36,483 bases of DNA from Pseudomonadota bacterium (lineage in GTDB: Bacteria > Pseudomonadota > Gammaproteobacteria > Chromatiales > Chromatiaceae), in NCBI GenBank assembly GCA_039714955.1, contig JBDLIF010000001.1:1-36483 (forward strand). Direction: 5' to 3'. Position numbers and translations under genes: made by a program. The notes beneath the pieces are model-generated. The model was not told the origin of the DNA and searched no databases. It was given only the letters and a program-made list of their open reading frames with translations. This document shows, piece after piece, positions 17,323-26,426 of the stretch (position 1 is the stretch's first letter; each line of letters starts with the position of its first letter).

Positions 17323-19359
17323 ATGATGCTTAAAGAAAATAACCCTGTTTTACCGGCGCTCTGGGATGCCAGCGGAAACAGCGTGACTGGGCATGACGGA
17401 CCAGGTGGGGTTAAATTGTTCCGCCAGCTGTTCTGCGCGCTCACAATGGTTTTGCTGTGCTCACAGGCATTGGCTGAGCAGATCACGCTGAATCTGAACA
17501 ATGCGGATATCGGCGCCCTGATAAAGACGGTATCAGAACACACGGGTAAGAATTTTGTCATCGACCCCCGGGTCAAGGGACAGGTAACGGTTATTTCCGC
17601 CCACCCCATGGGGAAAGAAGAATTTTACGAGGTATTCCTCTCTATCCTGGAGGTGCATGGATTCGCCTCCATCCCATCAGGTGATGTCATCAAGATAGTC
17701 CCGGACGTAAAGGCCAAGCAGGCCGGTATTCCGACAGTCCAAAGGGACGATGAACTGCCCGGGGATCAGGTGGTAACCCGGATCATTCAGGTCCAGAACG
17801 TTACATCCGCTCAGCTGGTTCCAATCCTGCGACCACTGATTCCACAGCAGGGCCACCTCGCCGCCTATCCGGCCACCAATGTTCTCATCATCTCTGACCG
17901 GCGCGATAACGTGGACCGACTGTTGAAGATCATCTCTCAGATCGATCAGGTCAGTGACAGTTCCATCGAGGTTGTGGCGCTGCAAAATGCATCCGCCGCG
18001 GAAGTGGTGCGCATACTCAACGGACTCCAGGAGAAGAAGGGAGCCAAGGGTGGGGGCGCTGAAGGCCCGGTAAAACTGGTGGCGGACGAACGCACCAACA
18101 GCATCCTGATCAGCGGTGATCCAACCGGCCGGCTGCGCACCAGAGTGGTCATAGAACATCTGGACACGCCCTTCGAAAACGAAGGCCATGCCCAGGTCAT
18201 CTATCTCAAATACGCCAATGCCAAGGACCTGGTGTCGGTGCTGACCGGGGTAACCGACAATCTGGGTAAGGCCGGACCCAAAGGCAAGGCCGCCCCGCCA
18301 AAGGCCAAAATGCCGCTCTATATCCAGGCGGATGAAGCGGCCAATGCACTGATCATTTCCGCCCCGCCCGATGTTTTCCGGTCCCTGCAAAACATCATCC
18401 GCAAGCTGGATATCCGCCGGGCGCAGGTGCTGGTGGAGGCCATCATTGCCGAGGTCTCCGCCGACATGGTAAAGGAACTCGGTGTGCAATGGATTGTCGA
18501 CGGATCGCCGGGGGGCACCGGCCCAGTCGGTGTGATCAATCTCGGCTCGCCCAGTATCAGCTCCATCGCCATTGCCGCCGCGGAAGGCACCGCCATCCCT
18601 CTTCCATCCGGCACCTTGCTGGGATTTGGCGAATTCAACAGTTCCTCGGTGAACTTCGCCGCGGTGGTGCGTGCCCTGGAGAGCGATGCCTCCACCAACA
18701 TCCTCTCCACACCCAGTATCCTCACCCTGGATAACCAGGAGGCTGAAATCGTCATTGGCCAGAACGTCCCGATCTTGACTGGATCTTTTACCTCCACGGG
18801 CGCCGCCAGTTCATCGGTCAACCCCTTCCAGACCGTGCAGCGGCAGGATGTGGGTCTCACGCTGAAGGTAACACCCCAGATCAATGAAGGAAGCGCTGTC
18901 CAGCTCACCATCGAACATGAACTTTCCAGTATCGATGTGAAAGCCACTCTAGCTGCATCCGATGTTGTCACCAATAAGCGGGTCATTAAAACCGCTGTGA
19001 TGGTGGAGGATGGCAATACCATCGTGCTCGGTGGACTGTTGAAAGAGGATCTGCAGCAGGTCGAGGAGAAGGTGCCCCTGCTCGGAGATCTCCCCTTGCT
19101 GGGCGGCCTGTTCAGGTCTCAATCAACAACCAAAAACAAACAGAATCTCATGGTCTTTCTCCGCCCCGTGATATTGCGCGATGCCGCAACCTATTCCCAG
19201 GTCTCCAGCAGCAAATACAACTATTTCCGGGCCCAGCAGCTTGAGTTGCGTCAACAGGGTGTCAATCTGATGCCGGATGATGTCACACCCCTGCTGCCGA
19301 ACCGCTTCAATATGCTACCTCCGCCATTTGACGAGGAGACAGAAGGCCAGCAGCAGTAA
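17323..19359 (+). CDS. gspD: Type II secretion outer-membrane secretin GspD
   Basis: N0/N1-like repeats (ITLNLNNADIGALIKTVSEHTGKNFVIDPRVKGQVTV). Secretin core (NILSTPSILTLDNQEAEIVIGQNVP...VPLLGDLPLLGGLFRS...NLMVFLRPVIL). Confidence 0.9.
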   Translation: MMLKENNPVLPALWDASGNSVTGHDGPGGVKLFRQLFCALTMVLLCSQALAEQITLNLNNADIGALIKTVSEHTGKNFVIDPRVKGQVTVISAHPMGKEEFYEVFLSILEVHGFASIPSGDVIKIVPDVKAKQAGIPTVQRDDELPGDQVVTRIIQVQNVTSAQLVPILRPLIPQQGHLAAYPATNVLIISDRRDNVDRLLKIISQIDQVSDSSIEVVALQNASAAEVVRILNGLQEKKGAKGGGAEGPVKLVADERTNSILISGDPTGRLRTRVVIEHLDTPFENEGHAQVIYLKYANAKDLVSVLTGVTDNLGKAGPKGKAAPPKAKMPLYIQADEAANALIISAPPDVFRSLQNIIRKLDIRRAQVLVEAIIAEVSADMVKELGVQWIVDGSPGGTGPVGVINLGSPSISSIAIAAAEGTAIPLPSGTLLGFGEFNSSSVNFAAVVRALESDASTNILSTPSILTLDNQEAEIVIGQNVPILTGSFTSTGAASSSVNPFQTVQRQDVGLTLKVTPQINEGSAVQLTIEHELSSIDVKATLAASDVVTNKRVIKTAVMVEDGNTIVLGGLLKEDLQQVEEKVPLLGDLPLLGGLFRSQSTTKNKQNLMVFLRPVILRDAATYSQVSSSKYNYFRAQQLELRQQGVNLMPDDVTPLLPNRFNMLPPPFDEETEGQQQ

Positions 19360-19374
19360 GGCCGGCAAATTCCC

Positions 19375-20931
19375 ATGTCTGAAAAGATTCAGGACAAACC
19401 ATCACGGGATGACAAGAGTGCCGCCGATGAGCCCGCACTCGAGCTCGCCCTGACAGCCAGCAAAAGCCTTCCCTATGTATTTGCCCGACGGCATGGCATC
19501 CTGATTGCAGAAGACGGTGCGGAAGATAATCCTCAACTGCTCTATAAAGCCGGTGTCCCACGCGCCATATTTTCCGAAATTCGACGTCATCTCGGCAACC
19601 CCATCAGTCTGCGGGAAATCGCCGCGGACGAGTTCGAACAGCGACTCACCCGGATGTATGAATCAGGCGGCAAGCAGTCCACTCAGATCATGCAGACGAT
19701 GGGCAGTGAGATGGATCTCGATAATGCGGCAAGGGCCCTCAACCAACCGGAAGACCTGCTGGAGAGTGATGATGATGCACCGATCATCCGTCTCATCAAC
19801 GCACTTTTCACCGAGGCGATCAAGGAGCAGGCCTCTGACATCCATGTCGAACCCTATGAAAACCGCCTGGTGGTACGCTTTCGCGTAGACGGGGTACTCC
19901 GCGAGGTCCTGAGCCCTCCACGCACGGCGGCGCCCTTTCTGGTCTCACGCATCAAGGTCATGGCGCACCTCGATATTGCGGAAAAGCGTATCCCCCAGGA
20001 TGGACGAATCTCCCTCAAGGTGGGTAACAGGCCCGTGGACGTGCGTGTCTCTACCCTGCCCTCCAGTTATGGCGAGCGAGTGGTTCTACGCTTGCTCGAC
20101 AAGCAGGCTGGGCGGCTCGATCTGGAGCATCTGGGCATGTCGAAGCGACTGCTGGAACTGATCGATCCTGGCATCATCCACCGCCCACACGGCATCTTTC
20201 TGGTCACCGGCCCCACCGGCTCGGGTAAGACAACCACACTCTATGCCGCCCTCAGCCGCCTGAATACCCAAAGCCGGAATATCGTTACGGTCGAGGATCC
20301 GATTGAATACTACCTGGATGGTATTGGCCAGACCCAGGTCAATACCAAGGTCGATCTGACTTTTGCGCGGGGCCTCCGCGCCATCCTGCGGCAGGATCCC
20401 GATGTGGTGATGGTGGGTGAGATCCGCGATCTGGAAACCGCTCAAATCGCCGTTCAGGCCAGCCTTACCGGACATCTGGTCATGTCGAGTCTGCACACCA
20501 ATACCGCAATCGGCAGTATTACGCGTCTGCGCGACATGGGTATAGAGCCCTTCCTGCTCTCGTCCAGTCTGGTGGGAGTACTCGCCCAGCGCCTGGTACG
20601 CACACTCTGTCACCACTGTAAGAGACCCTACCAGGCCAGCCAGCGTGAGCTGGAAATACTCGAACTGCCAGTGGACAGCGAATTCACTCTCTATGCCCCA
20701 GTCGGCTGCGCGGAGTGTCATAATCATGGCTACCTGGGCAGGACCGGTATCTATGAACTGATCATCATCGATGAAGTGCTGCGGTCATTGATCCACAAAG
20801 GAACTGGCGAGCTGGAAATGCTGCAACATGCCAGAAAACGGAATGAAAGCATCCGCAAGGACGGCATGAGTCGCGTCGTTCAGGGTGAAACGACCATCGA
20901 CGAAATCATCCGCGTCACCCAGGAGGGCTGA
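19375..20931 (+). CDS. gspE: Type II secretion ATPase GspE
   Basis: Walker A GPTGSGKTT, Asp box, Walker B (PDVVMVGEIRD), His box (GHLVMSSLHTN), tetracysteine motif CHHC...CAEC. Confidence 0.95.
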   Translation: MSEKIQDKPSRDDKSAADEPALELALTASKSLPYVFARRHGILIAEDGAEDNPQLLYKAGVPRAIFSEIRRHLGNPISLREIAADEFEQRLTRMYESGGKQSTQIMQTMGSEMDLDNAARALNQPEDLLESDDDAPIIRLINALFTEAIKEQASDIHVEPYENRLVVRFRVDGVLREVLSPPRTAAPFLVSRIKVMAHLDIAEKRIPQDGRISLKVGNRPVDVRVSTLPSSYGERVVLRLLDKQAGRLDLEHLGMSKRLLELIDPGIIHRPHGIFLVTGPTGSGKTTTLYAALSRLNTQSRNIVTVEDPIEYYLDGIGQTQVNTKVDLTFARGLRAILRQDPDVVMVGEIRDLETAQIAVQASLTGHLVMSSLHTNTAIGSITRLRDMGIEPFLLSSSLVGVLAQRLVRTLCHHCKRPYQASQRELEILELPVDSEFTLYAPVGCAECHNHGYLGRTGIYELIIIDEVLRSLIHKGTGELEMLQHARKRNESIRKDGMSRVVQGETTIDEIIRVTQEG

Positions 20932-20934
20932 TCC

Positions 20935-22146
20935 TTGGACGCCTTCGAGTACGTAGCCCTGGCCCCGAACGGCAAAGAGAAGCGCGGTGTTCTGGAGGGT
21001 GACAGTCCCCGTCAAATCAGGCAGCAACTCAGGGACTCAGGCCTGACCCCCCTTTCCGTCGACTCCGCCAGTTCAAAAAATGGCGAAAAGAAGCACTTTG
21101 GCTTGCAGCGTGGTGTCAATGCCATGGAACTGGCATTGATCACCCGTCAGATGGCAACCCTTCTGCGCTCCGGCCTGCCGCTCGAACAGGTACTGAAAAC
21201 CACGGCACAACAGACCGACAAACGGCATGTTGAGCGGATTCTGCTCGCCGTCAGGGCAAAGGTATTGGAGGGACGGAGTCTGGCGGACGGTTTGAGTGAG
21301 TTTCCAAGGGTTTTCCCGGAGCTGTATATCAGGACCGTCTCCTCCGGAGAGGAGTCAGGTCACCTCGAGGTCGTACTGGAACGCCTCGCTGACTACACCG
21401 AACAGCGCCAGCAGATGCGGCAGAAGACCCTGCTTGCCCTGTTCTATCCAGCCCTGCTCACCCTGGTCTCAATCCTGATCGTGGGGGGACTGCTGACTTA
21501 TATCGTCCCCCAGGTTACCCGTGTGTTCGACAATATGGCACAGGAGCTTCCCTGGATCACCCAGGCCCTTATCTCGACCAGTGACCTCTTCCGAGCGCAT
21601 GGGGCAACCCTGTTTATCTTCCTGGCTGTTATTGGCATGTTATTCAGCTATCTGATAAAGCAGCCTGGACCCAAGCTTTTCTGGCATCGTTTCATCCTGC
21701 GTCTGCCCCTTCTCGGAAGGTTGGTTCGCACCTCCAACGCTGCGAGATTCTCCCGCACCCTGAGCATCATGGCGGCAAGCAGCGTGCCGATTCTGGACTC
21801 CCTGCGTATCGCAGCCCAGGTTCTCACCAACCTTCCCATGAAGCAGGCTGTGGAAGAGGCGGCAACCAAGGTTCGCGAGGGCAGCAGTCTGCATAATGCG
21901 TTAAAAAATACCGGTTACTTCCCCCCCATGACACTCAGCCTGCTGGCCAGCGGAGAGTCCAGCGGCAATCTCGAGGGCATGCTGGAGCGCTCGGCGGAGA
22001 TTCAGGACCGCGAAATCGAAGCACTCGTCTCGACGGTCCTGGGACTGTTTGAGCCCATTTTAATCCTGGTCATGGGTGGTATCGTCTTGCTAATCGTTCT
22101 GGCGATTCTGCTACCCATCTTTGAAATCAACCAACTGGTTGGATAA
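20935..22146 (+). CDS. gspF: Type II secretion inner-membrane platform protein GspF
   Basis: 403 aa with two T2SSF repeats (SGLPLEQVL..., ESSGNLEGMLERSA) and three TM segments. TTG start. Confidence 0.9.
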   Translation: MDAFEYVALAPNGKEKRGVLEGDSPRQIRQQLRDSGLTPLSVDSASSKNGEKKHFGLQRGVNAMELALITRQMATLLRSGLPLEQVLKTTAQQTDKRHVERILLAVRAKVLEGRSLADGLSEFPRVFPELYIRTVSSGEESGHLEVVLERLADYTEQRQQMRQKTLLALFYPALLTLVSILIVGGLLTYIVPQVTRVFDNMAQELPWITQALISTSDLFRAHGATLFIFLAVIGMLFSYLIKQPGPKLFWHRFILRLPLLGRLVRTSNAARFSRTLSIMAASSVPILDSLRIAAQVLTNLPMKQAVEEAATKVREGSSLHNALKNTGYFPPMTLSLLASGESSGNLEGMLERSAEIQDREIEALVSTVLGLFEPILILVMGGIVLLIVLAILLPIFEINQLVG

Positions 22147-22152
22147 TTCACC

Positions 22153-22497
22153 ATGCAAAGACGACACAAGAAAATCACACTGATGCTGACGGGCCTTTTA
22201 CTTATTTCGGTAGTTGCATTGACTGGTTGTTCCTCCTCCGCGGAGCGGGAGGCATTGGAAAACAACCCTGAAACTATTCTCAAGCAGGCCAGAGAGGCCT
22301 TCTTCGAGGAGAAATATGTGCAAGTGTTCGAGATGCTCTTCCCCCTCGCTACCAATGGGAATGCCCAGGCCCAATATACCTTGGGCTATCTCTATGCCAA
22401 TGGACTTGGGGTAGAGAAGAATGATCAGCAGGCAATGAACTGGATTCAGCGGGCCGCGGCGCAAGGCCACAAAAAAGCCCTAAAGGCGCTTCGCTGA
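22153..22497 (+). CDS. Sel1-repeat (TPR-like) lipoprotein, last gene of the T2SS operon
   Basis: Lipobox ALTGC. Sel1 repeat GNAQAQYTLGYLYANGLGVEKNDQQAMNWIQRAAAQGHKKA. Starts 6 nt after the gspF stop. Confidence 0.75.
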   Translation: MQRRHKKITLMLTGLLLISVVALTGCSSSAEREALENNPETILKQAREAFFEEKYVQVFEMLFPLATNGNAQAQYTLGYLYANGLGVEKNDQQAMNWIQRAAAQGHKKALKALR

Positions 22498-22538
22498 GCG
22501 GCAGCCTATTCCCATGAATTTACACGAGTAAGAGAATG

Positions 22539-22624
22539 AGGACAGGTCAATGTTACAGGCTTCAAATGGGTGAGCGGATTAACTCACGGGCATGCTGAAA
22601 CCTGTGATAGGCGAGACCTGTCCT
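22539..22624. other. 86 nt nested hairpin element between convergent genes
   Basis: Outer stem aggacaggtc / gacctgtcct (10 bp). Middle stem acaggcttca / tgaaacctgt (9/10). Inner stem gtgag / ctcac. Confidence 0.5.
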
Positions 22625-22637
22625 GCGGGACGGAGTA

Positions 22638-22901
22638 CTAGTTAAACATCGACTCAAGGCCTGGTATGCCTTCCTGCTCCATATATCCCTTTTTATCCTT
22701 GCGGAATTCCGCGCATTTAACATTTGCGTTGGCCTCTTCCAGATTGGCCTTGACACACATGGAAAACTCTTTTTTGGAACCTTTGGTCTTGCAGTCCGCT
22801 ACCTCATAACAGGGATGTGATTCCTTAGGCCCCCCGGCAAAAACCGGATTAACGAGGCTTAATCCAACTGCAATCAATACAAAAACAGCCAATCTTTTCA
22901 T
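22638..22901 (-). CDS. Small secreted 4-Cys protein (87 aa), unknown function
   Basis: Signal peptide MKRLAVFVLIAVGLSLVNPVFA/GG. Lys-rich mature part with four Cys. Confidence 0.6.
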   Translation of the reverse strand: MKRLAVFVLIAVGLSLVNPVFAGGPKESHPCYEVADCKTKGSKKEFSMCVKANLEEANANVKCAEFRKDKKGYMEQEGIPGLESMFN

Positions 22902-23040
22902 GGCAAAATTCCTCCGAATAGTGGTAATTTTTTTAACTTCTTATTGAATTCAACTTGTCATCTGTTGCTTCTCTTTTTTTTTCACCTCCTCTTCAGAAAT
23001 CATCATGGCCACATAGAGTGAGCATAACGTTTCCTGATTA

Positions 23041-23056
23041 CGCAAATACTCAGCCA
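23041..23056 (-). promoter_or_regulatory. Candidate sigma54 promoter upstream of the 87 aa gene
   Basis: The minus strand reads TGGCTGAGTATTTGCG. The TGGC-N8-TTGC core is intact at correct spacing, ~140 nt upstream of the start at 22901. Confidence 0.35.
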
Positions 23057-23086
23057 GGATACGCGATGTTACGGTATTTAAGTCCG

Positions 23087-23190
23087 CGATATCTGAACCC
23101 AGTCTGCAAGACACGCCGTGAATACGTCCATGTAGGGTCGGCTGCGGCCTCCATGCCGCAGACGGTCTTTCAGACTGGGTTCAGATATCG
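23087..23190. repeat. 104 nt element with perfect 20 bp terminal inverted repeats
   Basis: cgatatctgaacccagtctg (23087-23106) and its exact reverse complement (23171-23190), separated by a 64 nt interior containing an inner hairpin ctgcggc / gccgcag (23142-23161). Confidence 0.6.
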
Positions 23191-23302
23191 CTTTGTCCAT
23201 ATTGTAAAATTTCATTGCTTTCAGCATGGGATCGTTGCTGAGTCTTGGACCTAATCAGCTAACATTTTAATACCTCACTTGTACCCATATTGCCATATGC
23301 CA

Positions 23303-26191
23303 CTACTTTTCTGGAAACTGAATCCCCTTAGCCAGGGCCCGTTCGAAACGACGCTCTAATCCCTGCTGCGCATCACGCTGCACCGGACCAGCCTGGAACC
23401 AGGCGATCTGCAGATCCCTGAGCTGATCCTCTTGTGTCTGTTCCTCTTCAAATTTTTGGTGGAGTGCATCAGAGAGCCTTGATACCTGATACTGCATACG
23501 TTCCTCGGCGTACTCAGCGGGTGATTCGACCCCGTTTGCCACCTCAAGTTGCAGGCAAAGTTCCAACCGCCGTGCAAGATTTTCCGGCAATCCGCTCTGT
23601 AGTGACTGCATGGATCCCTCATCTCCGCTGAGGGCACGCGCAGCCAGTTCGTACCTGGCCCGCATTGGGTTATCGTACCGCGCGTCCCCGGAAGCCAGCG
23701 TCTGCCAGGCCTGCTCCGTCTGCTCAACCAGTGCCTGTCGCACATCTGCTTCAAGGGTGTTATCCAATACCTCGTTCTCAAGCCGTGCACATAGTTTTGC
23801 ACGTTCATTAATACCCTGGAGTAACGCCTCTGCCGCCGCCTGCTTCTCCTGAATTTGTCGCTCCGCAAGACGCCCTTGTATCATCTCATGGCGAGACTCC
23901 ATGGCCCGTTCCTCCTTGCGTGGTATCTCACCTATTCCGCCCCACTCTTCCTGTGTCACCAAAAAGCGCTTGTGGATCTCCTTGTATTTCACCTCAGGCT
24001 TGTCGAGCAGAGCCTCCAACTCCGCGCAAATCTCCCGCTTGCGCTGCAGATTTGCCTTACGCTCGGTATCCGCGGCATCGCGCTCCTCCCGAATCTGCTT
24101 GAAGACCGCATCACAGGCTGTGCGGAACTGCTGCCATAATGCCTGTTCCTCCTTGCGCGCCAGCGGTACCGTGGGCTTCCACTGGTCCTGGGCCTCCTTC
24201 GCCTCACGACTCGCGGCCCGCAGATCCGCTGCCTTGGCCAGTTCCTCCATGCGGTCAATCAGTGCCCTGCGGCGTCTCAATTCACGTTCCCTTTCAGGCG
24301 CCAGGTGGCTCTCCAGACGATCAAGCACCTGGTGGTAGCTTTTCTCCAGTCCCCGGCCCGGTTTCCTGGGCACGGCACCGATACGCCGCCATCTCTCACG
24401 GGTCTTGTGGATATGTTGGTCCGCTTCACGCCAGTCCACCTTCTCCCAGTCGGTATTCCGTTCGTACTCCTCCAGTTCTCCACACAGGGTCCGCTTCTGC
24501 GCGAGATGCTGGTCAAGGATCTCCTCCTGTCTCTTTCGCTCCTGCTGATAGGGCTCATAGGCCTGGGTACAGGCCTGATCAAAACGCTGCCAGAGCGCTT
24601 CCCCCGCCGGACCCTCCGCGTGATCGATGCGCTGCCAGGCCTTACGTGCAGTGCGAACCTTGGTTGCAATCTCATCCGGGCTCAGGGCGCTGCCGATCAG
24701 GGCCTCGATCTCGGAGCAGAGGTGTTCCCTGGCATGTCCCGATCCCCAATGCCGCCACTTTCTGAGTTCCTCAAGCCTTGCATGCATGCCGTTCAACCGC
24801 TCCTGCAACGCCTTGCGGCGTGGTTCCGCGATCCCCTTGGCCTTCTTGAGTCGATGACCGGCACGGTCCCGCAGCGACAGCGCTGTCTCCAGCTCACCCT
24901 GTTCAAGCGCCTTCTCAAGATCGGCAATCAATCCATCCGCCTCTTCCAATGCCTGTTTTTGCTGGTTGATCTGCTTTTTCAGACGCTCACGCAAGTCATG
25001 CATCAGGCCGGTGAATTCCTGCTGTAGCGCGTCAGCCACGGGTTTGGACTCGGGACGTTCAAGGCCGTCCCAGCGATGCTGAAACCCCTTGATCTGGCTT
25101 TCATCGAGATGGCCCGTGTTCTCGATCATGACCTTGGCCTTTTGTATCAGGTCCCGCTGCCACCCAGCCCGCTTTGCGTCCCTGGCCTGGCGATCCGCCG
25201 TCTTTCTCAGCTGCTTGAGCAGATGGCTGTAGCGTTGGGCCACAGCATCCGGCTCATCGGCCACCGGGCCTGTCTTCTGCCATTGTTCGCTGGCCTTCCG
25301 CATAGCCTCCCCCAGATCCACAGGAGCACCCGGGGCCACCGCTTCTTCGTCGTGAAATCGCTCGAGAAGTGTCTCCAGCTCCGCGCAGATGCCGCGCCTC
25401 TGCGCCAGCTGTGTCTCGAATTGCTCGATTCTTCCGGTGGCCTGCTCCCGGGCCTTATGAAACCGCTCGCTGAGCTGGCTCGGCAGCGGGGAGTCCAGCT
25501 TCTCCCAAAGATTTGTGATGCGCCGTAACTGCCCGGGGCTATCGAGCTGCAAGTGCTCCAGCGCCAGCAGACCCTCCAGTTCCTCAGATAACCGCTCGGC
25601 CGTCTCCCGATCGGCTTGCGCCTTGCGGAAGGCCTCCAGTCTTTCACGCGCTGCCCGGCTGATCTGTTTGTCCTTTTTGCGTGCATCGCGGCTCACCACT
25701 TCCCAGCCTTGCGGATCGTCGATCCGCTCCAGGGCCTTGTGGCGCATCGACCTGACCATGTCCTCCACGGCGACTCTACAGAGCAACCCGGTATCCGTTA
25801 TGCGCTCCAGGGCCGTCTCGCGGACCTCCACCGCCTCTGCGTTCTTAACCAGAAAATCACACAAGCCGGGGGCTTCTGCTTGACGGATGGTTTCCAGCCG
25901 ATCGGCCAGGGCCGGTCCCTGGGCTAACGGCCTTACCAGCAGCTCCCGCAGGCGCCGCCCGGCGGCCTCCCGGATCAATATCTGGGCATCGACTCGCGCC
26001 AGTTCGTTGAGCAGACCCAGATCTTCCACCCGTTCAATGGCGCAGCGACGCACGGCTGGATCCTTGTCCTCGCGGGCTGCCTTGACAACCGCCTCCGGTG
26101 GGACACCCTCGGACGTCAGGGCCGCCTGGCGTTTGCGCGGATCCGCATGTTCCCACTTGGGCTTGAGCAGACGGGAAAACATGATTGACAC
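23303..26191 (-). CDS. DUF349-type repeat protein, large coiled-coil (962 aa)
   Basis: Reiterated W-x2-(I/T)G-x-(V/I)P-RK...LWQRF units (ERWRRIGAVPRK, EEWGGIGEIPRKEE, DQWKPTVPLARKEEQALWQQF, AWQRIDHAEGPAGEALWQRF). Highly charged E/R/K/Q helices. AGAGGAG Shine-Dalgarno. Confidence 0.7.
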   Translation of the reverse strand: MSIMFSRLLKPKWEHADPRKRQAALTSEGVPPEAVVKAAREDKDPAVRRCAIERVEDLGLLNELARVDAQILIREAAGRRLRELLVRPLAQGPALADRLETIRQAEAPGLCDFLVKNAEAVEVRETALERITDTGLLCRVAVEDMVRSMRHKALERIDDPQGWEVVSRDARKKDKQISRAARERLEAFRKAQADRETAERLSEELEGLLALEHLQLDSPGQLRRITNLWEKLDSPLPSQLSERFHKAREQATGRIEQFETQLAQRRGICAELETLLERFHDEEAVAPGAPVDLGEAMRKASEQWQKTGPVADEPDAVAQRYSHLLKQLRKTADRQARDAKRAGWQRDLIQKAKVMIENTGHLDESQIKGFQHRWDGLERPESKPVADALQQEFTGLMHDLRERLKKQINQQKQALEEADGLIADLEKALEQGELETALSLRDRAGHRLKKAKGIAEPRRKALQERLNGMHARLEELRKWRHWGSGHAREHLCSEIEALIGSALSPDEIATKVRTARKAWQRIDHAEGPAGEALWQRFDQACTQAYEPYQQERKRQEEILDQHLAQKRTLCGELEEYERNTDWEKVDWREADQHIHKTRERWRRIGAVPRKPGRGLEKSYHQVLDRLESHLAPERERELRRRRALIDRMEELAKAADLRAASREAKEAQDQWKPTVPLARKEEQALWQQFRTACDAVFKQIREERDAADTERKANLQRKREICAELEALLDKPEVKYKEIHKRFLVTQEEWGGIGEIPRKEERAMESRHEMIQGRLAERQIQEKQAAAEALLQGINERAKLCARLENEVLDNTLEADVRQALVEQTEQAWQTLASGDARYDNPMRARYELAARALSGDEGSMQSLQSGLPENLARRLELCLQLEVANGVESPAEYAEERMQYQVSRLSDALHQKFEEEQTQEDQLRDLQIAWFQAGPVQRDAQQGLERRFERALAKGIQFPEK

Positions 26192-26426
26192 TCCTCTTTT
26201 TTATGTACGGTCGAGGGTTCACCCTCAGGGCCAGCACTATGCATTACATGTTGAGATTCGTAAAGACGGATCATGCAAAAAACCGTGCAACTAAAGATGC
26301 CATTGAAAAACATTGAATAATGTGAATAAAATCCCACGCGAGGAGGAGATGTCTCAGCTGTAGTCGACGCTACCAACCTCACACTCAGCTGTATCCATAC
26401 CAACAACAGAAGAAAGGATCGTTCAT

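Noticed and set aside
17677-19022. 270 aa and 234 aa minus-strand ORFs inside gspD
   Set aside because: They are antisense to a secretin ORF with unambiguous motifs.
22955-23254. 99 aa plus-strand ORF, and a 49 aa minus-strand ORF (23078-23227, MLKAMKFYNMDKAISEPSLK...), both crossing the 104 nt inverted-repeat element
   Set aside because: Both read straight through a perfect 20 bp palindromic pair, so part of each peptide is just the mirror of the repeat. Neither has a Shine-Dalgarno or a recognisable motif. The 49 aa ORF cannot be fully excluded.
23356-25927. Numerous 60 to 240 aa ORFs on both strands inside the DUF349 gene
   Set aside because: They are typical open alternative frames in a GC-rich, repeat-rich coding region. 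The 962 aa frame has the repeats and a strong Shine-Dalgarno.
26228-26243. Sigma54-like GGGCCAGCACTATGCA on the plus strand upstream of the 257 aa gene
   Set aside because: It matches only 8/12 consensus positions and lacks the leading T. GG-N10-GC alone is expected by chance many times in 36 kb.
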